32,000 nucleotides of DNA from Chlamydiota bacterium (GTDB lineage Bacteria > Auribacterota > JACPWU01): the NCBI GenBank assembly GCA_016196885.1, contig JACPWU010000035.1, forward strand, positions 1,328 to 33,327, in the 5' to 3' direction. Below, piece by piece: positions 31,880 through 32,000 of this stretch. Made by a program: the position numbers and the translations under genes. The notes under the pieces are model-generated. The model was given only the letters and a program-made list of their open reading frames with translations. It was not told the origin of the DNA and made no database searches. Numbering within the stretch: position 1 is the stretch's first letter; every line of letters starts with the position of its first letter.

Positions 31880-32000
31880 TCAAGCACATGCTTGCGGATC
31901 GTGTATTTAAAAGTGTGTCCTTTTATGGATGCGGGTGGCCCGACTGGGGGTCCCCCGCTGATCGCCAGCAGATGGAGACATGGACCCTCTCATTACATTC

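Noticed and set aside
1-32000. Inferring a cyanobacterial origin from STRR-like heptamers, PsbP-like modules and an AAR-like gene
   Set aside because: No photosynthesis or other cyanobacterial marker lies in the window. All three traits occur outside cyanobacteria. Taxonomy cannot be settled without a search.
31925-32000. GC-richer partial ORF (MDAGGPTGGPPLIASRWRHGPSHYI...) at the right edge
   Set aside because: Only ~25 codons are visible. There is no RBS or motif, so there is not enough evidence to call a gene.

Overview
This is a densely coding bacterial chromosomal window. I saw no rRNA, tRNA or CRISPR array by eye. All family assignments come from motif recognition by eye; no database search, fold prediction or statistics were run.

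The right half (15.6-31.9 kb) is housekeeping. A co-directional minus-strand string runs dnaX -> recR -> ftsH -> folP -> cdaA -> cdaR(ybbR) -> glmM -> pdxJ -> acpS -> nnr. It is followed by a class-I glutamine amidotransferase, dusB, hemW and an RLIG1/Rnl-type RNA-ligase-like gene.

The left half (0.2-15.6 kb) looks accessory:
- A secreted M48-like Zn-peptidase.
- Six paralogous genes, four with signal peptides and two N-terminally membrane-anchored. They are built from PsbP/DUF1795-like modules ('xDPxGxFSxxxPxGW...') joined by compositionally extreme linkers (Q/N/M-, P/T- or K/E-rich).
- A minus-strand operon encoding an acyl-ACP-reductase-like Rossmann protein, a 985-aa double-kinase hybrid sensor with a cytoplasmic ligand-binding-type N-domain, a REC-HK fusion, and one membrane-anchored paralog coupled by an ATGA overlap.
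- Two copies of a small-ORF plus minimal nucleotidyltransferase-fold pair (TA-like), and a decayed BrnT/BrnA-like remnant.

The most unusual non-coding signal is a family of at least seven intergenic 'heptad hairpins'. Each is a tandem array of a 7-nt unit facing a tandem array of the complementary unit. The unit sequence is locus-specific. They occupy almost every sizeable spacer in the housekeeping string.

Other non-coding features are three copies of a composite REP/MITE-like palindromic element (termini TGTAGTCGCC...GGCGACTACA) and an A9 slippery run in dnaX at the expected tau/gamma junction, with stops close by in both alternative frames.
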